Under the pieces are notes generated by a model. It ran no database searches, had not been told where the DNA came from, and saw only the letters and a program-made list of their open reading frames with translations. From Eledone cirrhosa (taxonomy: Eukaryota), in the NCBI GenBank assembly GCA_964016885.1, contig OZ024753.1:41912001-41976000 (forward strand): a stretch of DNA of 64,000 nt, written 5' to 3'. The translations under genes were made by a program, and so were the position numbers. This document shows, one piece after another, positions 52,174 to 64,000 of the stretch (positions within the stretch are counted from its first letter, which is position 1; each line of letters begins with the position of its first letter).

Positions 52174-52311
52174 TACGTATATATATATATGTGTGTGTGT
52201 ATATATAAACATATACATTTATGTGTGTATGTACGTATATATATCTATGTGTGTGTGTCCGCGAGCGTGTAAAAGTAAACTCACACACAAATATATATAT
52301 GTGTATGTATG

Positions 52312-52349
<38 letters not shown>

Positions 52350-52576
52350 GATATTAATATCCCGATAATAAAAGTGCAAGTATGAACAGAAAGAACAAAC
52401 AATTAGAATTTCTTACACACACATATATATATACATGTATATATATATATGTGTATATATATATATACACATGGATGTATAGACATGCAAATACCAGCGG
52501 TTGATACAGCTACCGATCATCTTACATCTGCTTGTCATTGGATATACACATGTATGTGTGTGTATATATACATGTA

Positions 52577-52618
<42 letters not shown>

Positions 52619-53634
52619 TACATGTATATATATGTATATGCACACACACATGTATATATATGTACATGCATATACACATGTATATATATATATATACACA
52701 CATGTATAAATGTTCATGCATATACACATGTATATATACACATGCATATATATACATGTTTATATACATACATAGACAAATATATAAATTATTTTTTTAC
52801 ATGGAAAAAAAACCCAAAACATTTTCAATTCCATATCATATCACTAAAAAATACCAACAGAAATCATATCAAACATAAAATCCTTAAAATATAAAGAAGA
52901 TATTGTCCACAAAATATTGTAATTTCTTTCAAATGGATTAAAATGCTGGAACTTTCCAAAATGAAATACTTTATCGAGGTTTGGATTTACAAAGGCATCA
53001 AAATATATAATTAAAAAAAAAATTTCAATCAGAAAATATATTCTTATATTTTTTTTCTCTTATAAGAAAGACACCCTACTACATATAGTAGGTCTGGAAA
53101 TATAATAATAAAAATAATACTATTAATAATAATAATAAAATAATATTATTAAAAAAATAATATTATTATCAATAAATAATAATAATATTATTATTATTAA
53201 TAAAAATAAAATTATTATTAAGAAAAATAAAATTATATAAACATTTCCACACATACATATACACATTCTCTAAATCTGGATCTATTTACCGAAAGAAATA
53301 TTTCTGCTTCGAGAAAAAAAAATTTCCTGTGATTTACATATATATATACACCAGAAGCCCGTTTGGGTGAAAATGGTTTTGAAATGGCATTCTATGACGC
53401 TACATGAAGGAACATTCATTGTGGATAGCTTAAATCTCACAACTGTGTGACATACTCGTGTATGTATAAATTATATATATTATATATATGTTTTATATAT
53501 TTTTTTAAATTATAAATAACAAACATTGTAAAGCTATTTAGTTTTGTTATTGTTATTATTATTATTTGGTTATGATATTTAAATCATATCAACTATAATA
53601 TATATATATATATATTGCGTGTGTATGTGTACAT

Positions 53635-53674
<40 letters not shown>

Positions 53675-53803
53675 GGGCACTACCGCGGAATTCCGTGGTA
53701 GTGCCCATATATGTATTATTGTGTGTATATACATATGTATATGTGAATATATATGTATGTATGTATATATATATATGTGTGTGTGAGTGTGAGTGAATAT
53801 ATA

Positions 53804-53877
53804 CAGGGTGTCCCCCAAAATGTATACACACTTCAACAGCATTCAATAAAAGTCTATATATTTTTGGGGACACCCTG
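53804..53877. mobile_element. Tc1/mariner-type MITE, 74 bp, TA TSD
   Basis: TA|CAGGGTGTCCCCCAAAA...TTTTTGGGGACACCCTG|TA. Confidence 0.75.
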
Positions 53878-53956
53878 TATATATGTGAAAATATGTATAT
53901 ATATATATATATGTGTGTGTGTGTGAATATATGTAAATATATTTGTGTGTATATAT

Positions 53957-54001
<45 letters not shown>

Positions 54002-54128
54002 GTGTGTGTGTGTGACTATATGTAAATATATTTGTATGTGTGTATATATATATATATGTGTGTGTGTGTGACTATAAGTAAATATATTTGTGTGTGTATA
54101 TATATATATACATATATATATACATATT

Positions 54129-54162
<34 letters not shown>

Positions 54163-54519
54163 ATATATACTCTTCTTCTGGTGTATGGCTGTGATTCTAT
54201 CATTTTACAATGGTTATTCTTATACTTAGCAATATATGTATTAGCTTTGTCTGTAAAATAAATATATGCTAAACATTTTACAATTTAGAGTTTGACAAAT
54301 ATAATTTTTCATTGAAAGTTTTGTCTTAAAAAACCACCTTGATTTGTGTGAACAAACACTGAATGTATGTCTAACAAGATTTTAGGAAAACCCTAATGGG
54401 AAAGGCATGAACACCAACACTTCTTATATTTTTAATAATTTACTGTTAATTTTATATATATATATTAAATCATCAAAATATCTTAAATTTCAAATCTACG
54501 AGTAACAACAAACAGTGTA

Positions 54520-54894
54520 CAAGGGTCGACTGAAAAGTTCTAAGGCTGACAAAGATACTCTCATGGAATGACCAAATGAGGTTTATTTTTCAACATAGTC
54601 CCTGGGAAGAAACAATGCAGTTCTTAATAATTGTTTCTACTTTTGGCACAAGACCAGCAATTATCCAGTACATTACTGGTACTTTATTTTATCGACCCCG
54701 TAAGGATGAAAGGCAAAGTTGACCTCGGCGGGATTTGAACTCAGAATGGAAAGGGCCGTAACTCTATGCGTCAAAGCATGGCGTCCGACTCTCTACCGAT
54801 ACTGCCAAAAGAGTTGAAATTAATGCATGCAAGATTTCACAGCTCTATCCTCAATCCTTCATAATAAGCCTATGAACTTTTCAGTCGACCCTCG
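54520..54894. mobile_element. Mariner-type MITE carrying a nested family A SINE (54629-54807)
   Basis: TA|CAAGGGTCGACTGAAAAGTTC...GAACTTTTCAGTCGACCCTCG|TA. Confidence 0.8.
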
Positions 54895-55576
54895 TAAATG
54901 TATAAGTTAAAAAAATATTACTGGGAAAGGCATGAACATCACAACCTCTAACATAACTCCCTACAAATATTACGCCAATGAGAAAACACTTATTGATATT
55001 TGTGGTGGATAGTGGTCCTTGTACCTATGTAAGAAAATCGATATTAGTGGCGGATTGGCAGAAATGATAGCCTGACAAAATAGTCCCCTTTTTTTCTGTA
55101 CAGTGTTTAGTTTCATAGCTTTTGACCCTCTGAGATCAATACCCGGTATGTTCGATTTTGTATTTCAACCTCTGGGCCGATCAAATAATTACCAATCAAG
55201 AACTATCAATTTAGTCGTTCTTCCATTCAGGGCCCGGCGCTACTATTAAGGTCAACTTTGGCAGTCGTTGTGGGTGTAGATCTCAGACTGGACCCTAAAT
55301 GATTAGTTTTATAGATTTTGTATAATTAACTCAAATATATATTAATTCCGTGTGATCAATAAATAAACAACTAAATATCTTTGCCGTGTAGCAGTGTTAT
55401 AGAAATATCTAAAGCGGTGGAGAGGCCGTATGGTGTTGTGACCTGTCATGCGATTTAGTGTAGACTGTTTATTGGGGAATGCAGGCTTCGTAATTTTCTT
55501 AGTGTGGTCAGAGCAATAAGTGTCAGAAACTAGATGTGTCAGCTCCCCAAACTATAAGTGGAGAAGGGGTCGCAGA

Positions 55577-55972
55577 CTGTAGAGCTAGTCTAAGGTGCTA
55601 AATACCCAGGAACACATTGTAGAGCTAGATTAGGATTCTAAATTCCCAGGAACATATCGTAGATATAGCCTATAGTGCTAAATACCCAGGTACATATTGT
55701 AGAGCTAATCTAGGGTGTTAAATACCAAGTTACACATTGTAGATCTAGACTAGGGGTGCTAAATACCCAGGTACATATTGTAGAGCTAATCTAGGGTGTT
55801 AAATACCAAGGTACATATTGTAGATCTAGACTAGGGTGCTAAATACCCAGGTACATATTGTAGAGCTAATCTAGGGTGTTAAATATCAAGGTACATATTG
55901 TAGATCTAGACTAGGGTGCTAAATACCCAGGTACATATTGTAGAGCTAATCTAAGGTGTTAAATACCCTGGT
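55577..55972. repeat. ~40-bp minisatellite with alternating variants
   Basis: tgtagagctaatctagggtgttaaataccaaggtacatat and tgtagatctagactagggtgctaaatacccaggtacatat. Confidence 0.9.
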
Positions 55973-57338
55973 GCCGGATCTGGCCCTGTGCTAATCTGAA
56001 AAATATAAGAGAGTCAGAGTTGATTTATAGAAAGAAAGATAAATTTCTATCGTTACACCTGTATCGGAACAATGTGTTATGGAGTTCTCAGGTGAGGTTA
56101 CCACAGAAAACCAGTAATTCACGGTGGTTTTGATGGCCATTTTCGTTCAAAACATATTAAATCATAGGAAAAAACACCATAAATTCAAACCAAATCAATC
56201 AATAAAACTACCTTTAAAATTAAAAAAACATGTTTACTATTACTCTCCTCCCTGAGGTGGGTGTAATAGTAAAGATTTACAGAAAAGACTGCTTAAGCTC
56301 GGCTATTTAATGTGAGCTGGATTCATTTCCTGTGTGTAGCCAACAATATCTTCTTACATTTATTACATTTAATGTTTGTTAATACTATTTTATTGGGTCT
56401 AGATCTCAGAGTCAATAAAATACAACAGAAATAATGTTTTCTTTATTAACCACAAGTGTTGACACAAATCACAACATTAAGGATTTAATAATAATAATGA
56501 TTTCAAGGGCAGACATGTAGGGGACAATACAGATACGGTCAGTAGGGGTTTACAATAAGCTTGAGTAAAAATGCACAATAACAAAACCAATTTAACGATG
56601 AAAAAATCTAAAATAAACTGTATAAAAATAATAAAATAAATTCCTCAATAGGGGGGTGAACCACCCGGGGGGCGACTCAGGTACCCCACCAATCCTGATT
56701 CACCCGACGCTTGTAGGGCACCCGGGGAGGGTACCCGCTCTCCTCAAATTAACCAGCCTACAGGTGCATGGTCAGAATCGGCTCACTCATACGGGCCGTT
56801 CTCGCCACATTCACCTACCTTTTAGCAAATGTAGTGTGTTCAGCACTTCTCTCTCTCTCCACCCTCACCTTCCTTTCCAAGTGAAACTTGAAGAAGTTGA
56901 TTGGCTTCATTTACTGGCCACGGAAGGCCGACATAATAATAATTGTTTCTACTTTTGGTACAAGGCCAGCAATTATCCCAGTGTATTACTGGTACTTTAT
57001 TTTATCGACCCCGTAAGGATGAAAGGCAAAGTTAACCTCGGCGGGATTTGACCTCAGACCATAGAGGGCCGACGTAATATTAATATGGTTTAATAATGCT
57101 TTATTAACCACAAGGGTTGACATAAAGTATAACATTAAGAACAGCACAGGACGGTATTACTTGAAATAACGTTAACTATAAAAAAAAATCCTTCTGGTTT
57201 AACTAAAGGTAGAAATATTAGCTGTAGTAGTAGTGGTGGTGGTAGAAACCACTTGCTTGTAGCATCCTTCTTTTACTACTAATACCACCACCACACAACC
57301 CTCTACCACTATTACTACTATTATTGATGCTAATACTA

Positions 57339-57530
57339 AGGGCGGTGGATTAGCAGTATCGGTAGAGGGTCGGACGCCATGCTTTGCAGCATAGAGTTAC
57401 GGCCCTTTATGATCTGAGTTCAAATCCCGCCGAGGTTAACTTTGCCTTTCATCCTTACGGGGGGGTCGATAAAATAAAGTACCAGTAATACACTGGGATA
57501 ATTGCTGGCCTTGTGCCTAAAGTAGAAACA
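57339..57530 (+). mobile_element. SINE family A with TSD
   Basis: Flanked by ATTATTGATGCTA repeats. Confidence 0.85.
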
Positions 57531-57660
57531 ATTATTGATGCTACTACTGCTGTTGCTGCTTTACTACCATCACCTCTACTATTACTATTACAACAACTAC
57601 TAGTACTACTACTACTGTTATTACTACTACTACCACCCCTACTACTTCTACTACTACCAC

Positions 57661-57692
<32 letters not shown>

Positions 57693-57795
57693 GCTGCTAC
57701 TACACTCGCCTTCACTACCTGCTATGAGATGTTTTAAGGTAGTAACGAGAGAATCTAGGGTCACGCTAAACAAACCCTATTATCTACTACTAACA

Positions 57796-57975
57796 GTGAA
57801 TTGGCAGTATCGGTAGAGGGTCGGACGCCATGCTTTCCAGCATAGTTACGTCCCTTTACGATCTGAGTTCAAATCCCGCCGAGGTTAACTTTGCCTTTCA
57901 TCCTTACGGGGTCGATAAAATAAAGTACCAGTAATACACTGGGTTTTTGCTGGCCTTGTGCCAAAGGTAGAAACA
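57796..57975 (+). mobile_element. SINE family A with TSD
   Basis: Flanked by TTATCTACYACTAACA repeats. Confidence 0.85.
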
Positions 57976-59399
57976 ATTATCTACCACTAACAATTTTATC
58001 TGTCAGGGAACATCTGTCTAACCTCTTATATTTCACTCTCTCTCTCTCTTCTAACAAAGCCATCTGCTTTCTCTTTAATCTTTCCTTTACCGTGTTTCTC
58101 TCATGAAAAACATCGCCAATAATATTCAAATAATTAAGAGTTTGAAGAGATTTAGTTAATATAACAACAAACTTTCTCATTATTAAGAAATCAAGTTTTG
58201 TTATACTTTTTTTTTTCTTTGAAATCTTTCTCATAATTACACTATGTTATTAACCCGCTAAAATAAAGTACCAGTAATGTACTGGGTAATTTCTGGCCTT
58301 GTGCCAAAAGTATAAACAATTATTAACCCGTTCAGTACCACATTTCTAATTAAAAGACTTGTCCTATGGTTTTCAAATCATTTTTTGAAAATAATCAAGA
58401 ATCTTTTTAGGGATTTAGTTAATATAAATAACAGACTTTCTCATTATTAAGCAAAAATTTAATGAATAAATAAATAAATAAATGAGTGATTTGATTTTAA
58501 AAGAGGCCCACTCCCCCAGAAAAATTGGTTCAGGTGTTGTTTTGGAACATAACTTAACATAGGTTCTTACATAAAATGATGATGAAAGTATCTAAAAAGA
58601 TAAATATAAACAGTTTTCTATATTAGAACCAGGGGTGTTTTCAGGAAGTTTTGGAACATAACTTAACATAGGTTCTTACATAAAATCATGATGGATGTAT
58701 TTTAGATAAATATAAACAGTTTTCTATGGTAGAACCAGGGATATTTTCAGGAGGTTTTGGTATCAAAAAGGTTATCTTCTTCTGAACGCTATTCTCAATA
58801 CTTTTTTTCCTTCAAAATTCGTTCATTCTTCCTTAGGTGTTGTTGTTGTTCTTAACGTCATTATTTCTTCTTATCTTTTCTTAGCAACCACCTTTTGTTT
58901 TAATCTCCCCACCTCCCCGACCCTCCTCTCTATCTTACATGGAATTATGATGGAATGTTTTTTGTTTAAATAAATATAAACACATTAACACTTTCATCAG
59001 AAATAACCAGAAATCTCGAGGGATTTAATAATATAACAACTCTTATTATTAAGTTGATTTTTGGAACATAACATAAAGGTTTTACATAGAATTATGATGG
59101 AAGGTTTTTAGATAAATATTGACCTTCTAATTTCATTTTCGATATATTTAGATTTAAGATTACATAAAATTATTTTTGTTATTATTATCAAAGAAAATGA
59201 GATGATTGCTTTGGAGTGATTTGATATTTTTAAAAATTGGTAAATATTAAATTATATATTTCTTTATTAGCCACATTAAAGAGTTAGTAATGTTTAAATC
59301 ACAGGTATTGCATGAAAGTAAACAAAAACATACAGACACACATACACATATACAGACACACACAAAATGACAGATATAACAACGACACTGGGTATTGGA

Positions 59400-60845
59400 G
59401 CTACCCATGATGCTCTTGACAGAAGACAACATGGCGGGAGTTGGGGAAACTGGGTACACTGCTGACAATATGATTGGGGATGATGATATTAGGATCTGTA
59501 TGAAATGTATGACTATCTCTGAGAATCTTATCGAGGGTTCATGCTGTTTGAAATGGGTATATTTGAGGTGGGTAAGTGATACCCAAGGCCAAGGAGCTAA
59601 CGGACATCGTGCCAATATTTCCTAAAACTATTTCAATCGTCCATCAAGTACAACAGTAATTAAACACCTAGGTTCTGGTAGAGAATATACCCTGAAAGAG
59701 ATTGTAGAGAACTAGATACACCCCAGTATAGTAATAAAACACACTCTAGGTCCAGGCCCGTTCCACCGCCCACTGGGAGTTTGGGAAAATATATAAACCA
59801 ACGCAAGGGCGTTGTTTCAGGGGGTACCAGGGGACAAGTCCCCCCCACTTTTTCAAACGTCTATATTTTATTTTTTGTTTATTTGATATAATAAATTCTT
59901 TTTAAGCTTATTTTTTTTATATCTGAACTTTATTTGAATATATAAAATTTAATTAGAGTAAAATTTTACTTGTGATAGGGTCCGGGAAAGGGACCATAAG
60001 CAATTTATGTTCCTTTAAGGACCAACAAATGTTGGTTTGTCCACCTCACATTTTTAAGGCAAACGAGGCCCCCGAACCAACGTTTACGGAAACTGACGGA
60101 AGTTTACATTCAATGAACTCAAAGATTTGATTACAAGCTGAGACAGAAGAACGAAGTTTGTCTCGAACCCAGAGGCTCATCAGGCTACTACTCATCCTTG
60201 TTTCCTTGGCATGAAGCGACTGAGAGTACAAGACTTCCCTCTGGACATGACGCTAGTCCATCGCAGAGTTAAACCCCCAGCTATTACTGGTACTAATTTT
60301 CAGCTGAGTATACTGGAGCAACGCGAAATGAAATGTTTTGCTCAAGAACACAACACACAACCCAGTCCAAGAACATTATGATCGTAACCCACAACATTGT
60401 GATCCTAACTCCAACACACCTCCCCTAAAATTGTTGACCTTGTGTCTGACATCAGAAACCATTATAAAACTAAGAGAAAGTAGAGATGTGGTTCCCTCAA
60501 TTACAACAAGCTGAAGACATGACTGGAAAACAAATGTTTGATACAGGTAATAATGTAGCTAACATCTCCATCTTAAATACAACACGACTTAGAAAGAAAC
60601 ATAACACAAAGGAAGGAAGAACCAAACAGCTACTGACATGTTTAGAGGATGTTATAATGGAAAAGAAAGTTGTGTGTCGTGCCAAAGTACTGAGAAATGT
60701 TTCTATTTCGAAGAATGTGTACATCTTTCCTGATGTTACCCTCAAAGAACGGGAAGAAGGGAAAACAAGCTACGTGATGATCTCAAAACACAAGACACGT
60801 CTGATTATAGCAAGAGAGAGGAGGAAAATAAAAGTGGTTGTATGA
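59400..60845 (+). pseudogene. Degenerate CR1/L2-like LINE ORF1 fragments
   Basis: PHD-like CMKC..IEGSCCLKW at ~59500 and TRLRKK..AKVLRN..VYIFPDVTLKEREEGK at ~60580-60770; interrupted by other repeats. Confidence 0.45.
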
Positions 60846-60934
60846 AGTTCCTGGGTCACAATACTGACAAAGAACCGAAGAAAATCTTTGGATCGTGATT
60901 GACTTCATCAAAGGAGCAGGACAGGTTTTCTACG

Positions 60935-61530
60935 ACACCACACCACAACACACCACACCACAGTACGCTACACCACAACACAACACAACATACCACACGA
61001 CACCACAACACACCACACCACACCACACCACACCACAACACAACACACCATACCACAGCACACCACACCACAACACAACACAACACACCATACCACACTC
61101 CACCACACCACACCACAACACACCATACCACACCACACCACACCACACCACAGTCCACCACACCACACTATACAAGACATCACACTACAACATACCATTC
61201 CACATCACACTACATTATACTACACCACACTAAACCCCACTCCACCACACCACATCACACTATACAACAAAACATCACACTACAACATACCATTCCACAT
61301 CACACTACATTATACTACACCACACTAAACCCCACTCCACCACACACCACACTCCACCACACCACACCACACCACACCACATTACAGCACACCACACTAT
61401 ACAACAAGACATCACACTACAACATACCATTCCACATCACACTACATTATACTACACCACACTAAACCACAACACACCATACTACACCACACCATACCAC
61501 ACTACAACACACCCCATCACACCACACACC
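60935..61530. repeat. (CACAC)n pentanucleotide-type repeat
   Basis: Direct reading. Confidence 0.9.
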
Positions 61531-61856
61531 TTTATTGAGATCATGCGTTGTCTATTATCAAGATAATTATGAACTTCATGTAACTCATCCCAGAATACAA
61601 ACTTGGGACTCAAACTCCTCACAAACTCCTCACAAACCAATGTTTGTTTACTTAAAACACTCTGTGAGAAATAAAACTGTTGACATATCACAGAACCTAA
61701 ATAAACTTGACATTGTTATTATGTTCTTGGAAGAATTCCCCTGGTTTACAACATATATTATGTCATAACAGTCCTGATATACAGCAGATGTCATTGATAT
61801 TAATGGTCTTGGGAGAGTTCCCCTGGTTTACAACAGATGTAATTAGTATTATAGTT

Positions 61857-62621
61857 ATAACAGTCCTGGTTTACAACAGATGTTATACAATAACAGTCCT
61901 GGTTTACAACAGATGTCATACAATAACAGTCCTGGTTTACAACAGATGTTATACAATAACAGTCCTGGTTTACAACAGATGTCATACAATAACAGTCCTG
62001 GTTTACAACAGATGTCATACAATAAGTCCTGGTTTACAACAGATGTCATACAATAACAGTCCTGGTTTACAACAGATGTCATACAATAAGTCCTGGTTTA
62101 CAACAGATGTCATACAATAACAGTCCTGGTTTACAACAGATGTCATACAATAACAGTCCTGGTTTACAACAGATGTCATTATACCATAACAATCCTGGTT
62201 TACAACAGATGGCATATGCCATAACAGTCCTGGTTTACAGCAGATGTCATATACCATAACAGTCTTGGTTTACAACAGATGTTATATACCATAACAGTCC
62301 TGATTTACAACAGATGTCATATTATACCATAACAGTTCTGGTTTACAACAGAAGTCCTATACCATAACAGTCCTGGTTTACAACAGATGTCATATCTTAC
62401 CATAACAGTCCTGGTTTACAACAGATGTCATATCTTACCATAACAGTCCTGGTTTACAACAGATGTCATATCTTACCATAACAGTCCTGGTTTACAACAG
62501 ATGTCATATCTTACCATAACAGTCCTGGTTTACAACAGATGTCATATCTTACCATAACAGTCCTGGTTTACAACAGATGTCATACTATACCATAACAGTT
62601 CTGGTTTACACCAGATGTCAT
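61857..62621. repeat. 31-38-bp minisatellite, about 22 copies
   Basis: ataacagtcctggtttacaacagatgtcatac. Confidence 0.92.
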
Positions 62622-63893
62622 TGATATAAATTAACAACAAAAATGTTTTATGAGAAATTGTTCACCAAGCCTGGCTATTATTGAAGAGATTTCACTTTCC
62701 ATGTAGATATTTATACCATGAATACAAAGTGAGTGAATGATTCGTTGACATTACTAAACTACACACAATGAATGAATTAACCTACTACACATAAAAACTG
62801 ACATATCAAAGACCTCATAATTAATTACACGGAGTGAAGATACATTCAGAAACTGTTTATATATTCACGACTATGTCGAATCAAATGACTATTCTGTGAT
62901 GCGCCAATTACATCTTCAAATATCAAAATAGCGGAGACAACTTGAATGTCAATGGGGTGGAACAAAACTAACAGTTCACAGAGAAATATTAAAGGAACAA
63001 TAACAACAACAAAACTGTGTACGAGATGATATCACAAAAAATAACAAAACCAACCTAGTATTATTCTAATATGGTAAATTAAAATATAGGTGACCAAAAA
63101 GCTTTGTATAAATGCTGAATCAAAGATAAACGTTTCCACCCTGGTCACTTGATGACTCAGAACTTCTTGTAAACTCCTTTTCGGAAATATTTTATTAATA
63201 AAATCAAAATTATTCGTGATGTCCTAGCTTCAGTTAAATCAACAAACAGCAAAACGCAGACACCGAGTCTCCAAAATTCAAAGAAAGACGGAATCAGTCT
63301 GAGGAAGATACTATAGTTGAAGTAAAAGAGACTGTAAGGTGATAACCACCCAAGTCATGTTGTCCAAGGGAAAGGTAATGGCCGATACAGCTTGGCACCA
63401 GTGACGTAGCAACTCATTTATACAGCTGAGTAAACTGCAGCAACATGAAATAAAGTGTCTTGCTCAAGAACACAACACAAAGCCCAGTCCGAGAATCGAA
63501 CACAACTTCGCGATTGTAAGCCCTACGCTCTAACCACTAAACCATGTGCCCTCAGGTTATTATTAACAGTGAGGAATTACAAAGATGACCGGAAGTGTCA
63601 TTTTCACCAGCGAATATTTACGAAATAACCGGAAGTTCTCTGTAATTTTAAAAATGACGGCTTTCTCTAGGTTCTCAGTAGCAGATGTGACTAGCGTCGA
63701 GTTGAATTTGATGCAGGGGCAGGTTACTCGAATCCTGGAGCCGTTCTAATGCTGTGTGATGTTAAAAGACTCTCTCTCTCTCAATAGGCTGGCTAGCAAT
63801 GATCACCAACTGCGCATGCATTTCCGTTGAACATTCGCCCTGAGCGATCATCAGCTTAGCACGTGCAGGGAACATTTTAGATACCGTCTTGCA

Positions 63894-63985
<92 letters not shown>

Positions 63986-64000
63986 TTTATTATACACACG

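Noticed and set aside
60150-60190. CTGATGA on the minus strand as a hammerhead
   Set aside because: Followed by GAGAC rather than GAAA, with no helix I or III pairing; CTGATGA hits at ~6962, ~10506 and ~58994 fail the same way

Overview
Eukaryotic, AT-rich, microsatellite-dense genomic DNA. The SINE and repeat landscape suggests a mollusc, probably an octopus or other coleoid (inference). Three protein-coding genes are supported. (1) The 5' part of CSTF2 on the minus strand: four coding exons, running off the left edge. (2) A complete MPC1 (mitochondrial pyruvate carrier 1) on the plus strand, head-to-head with CSTF2. Its six exons total 342 nt (113 aa) and stay in frame only with a 4-nt microexon plus a 16-nt microexon. 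(3) An intronless Frizzled-5/8 (50004-51752). The rest is tRNA-derived SINEs, mariner MITEs and remnants, fragments of a Penelope-like GIY-YIG endonuclease, a CRE-type RLE and a CR1-like ORF1, minisatellites and simple repeats. The main unexplained signal is about ten type I hammerhead-ribozyme motifs from several short element families. Most sit in or beside (TA)n tracts, many are folded into palindromes by a 5' inversion near the ribozyme core, and their helix II base is non-canonical. All folds and alignments were done by eye.
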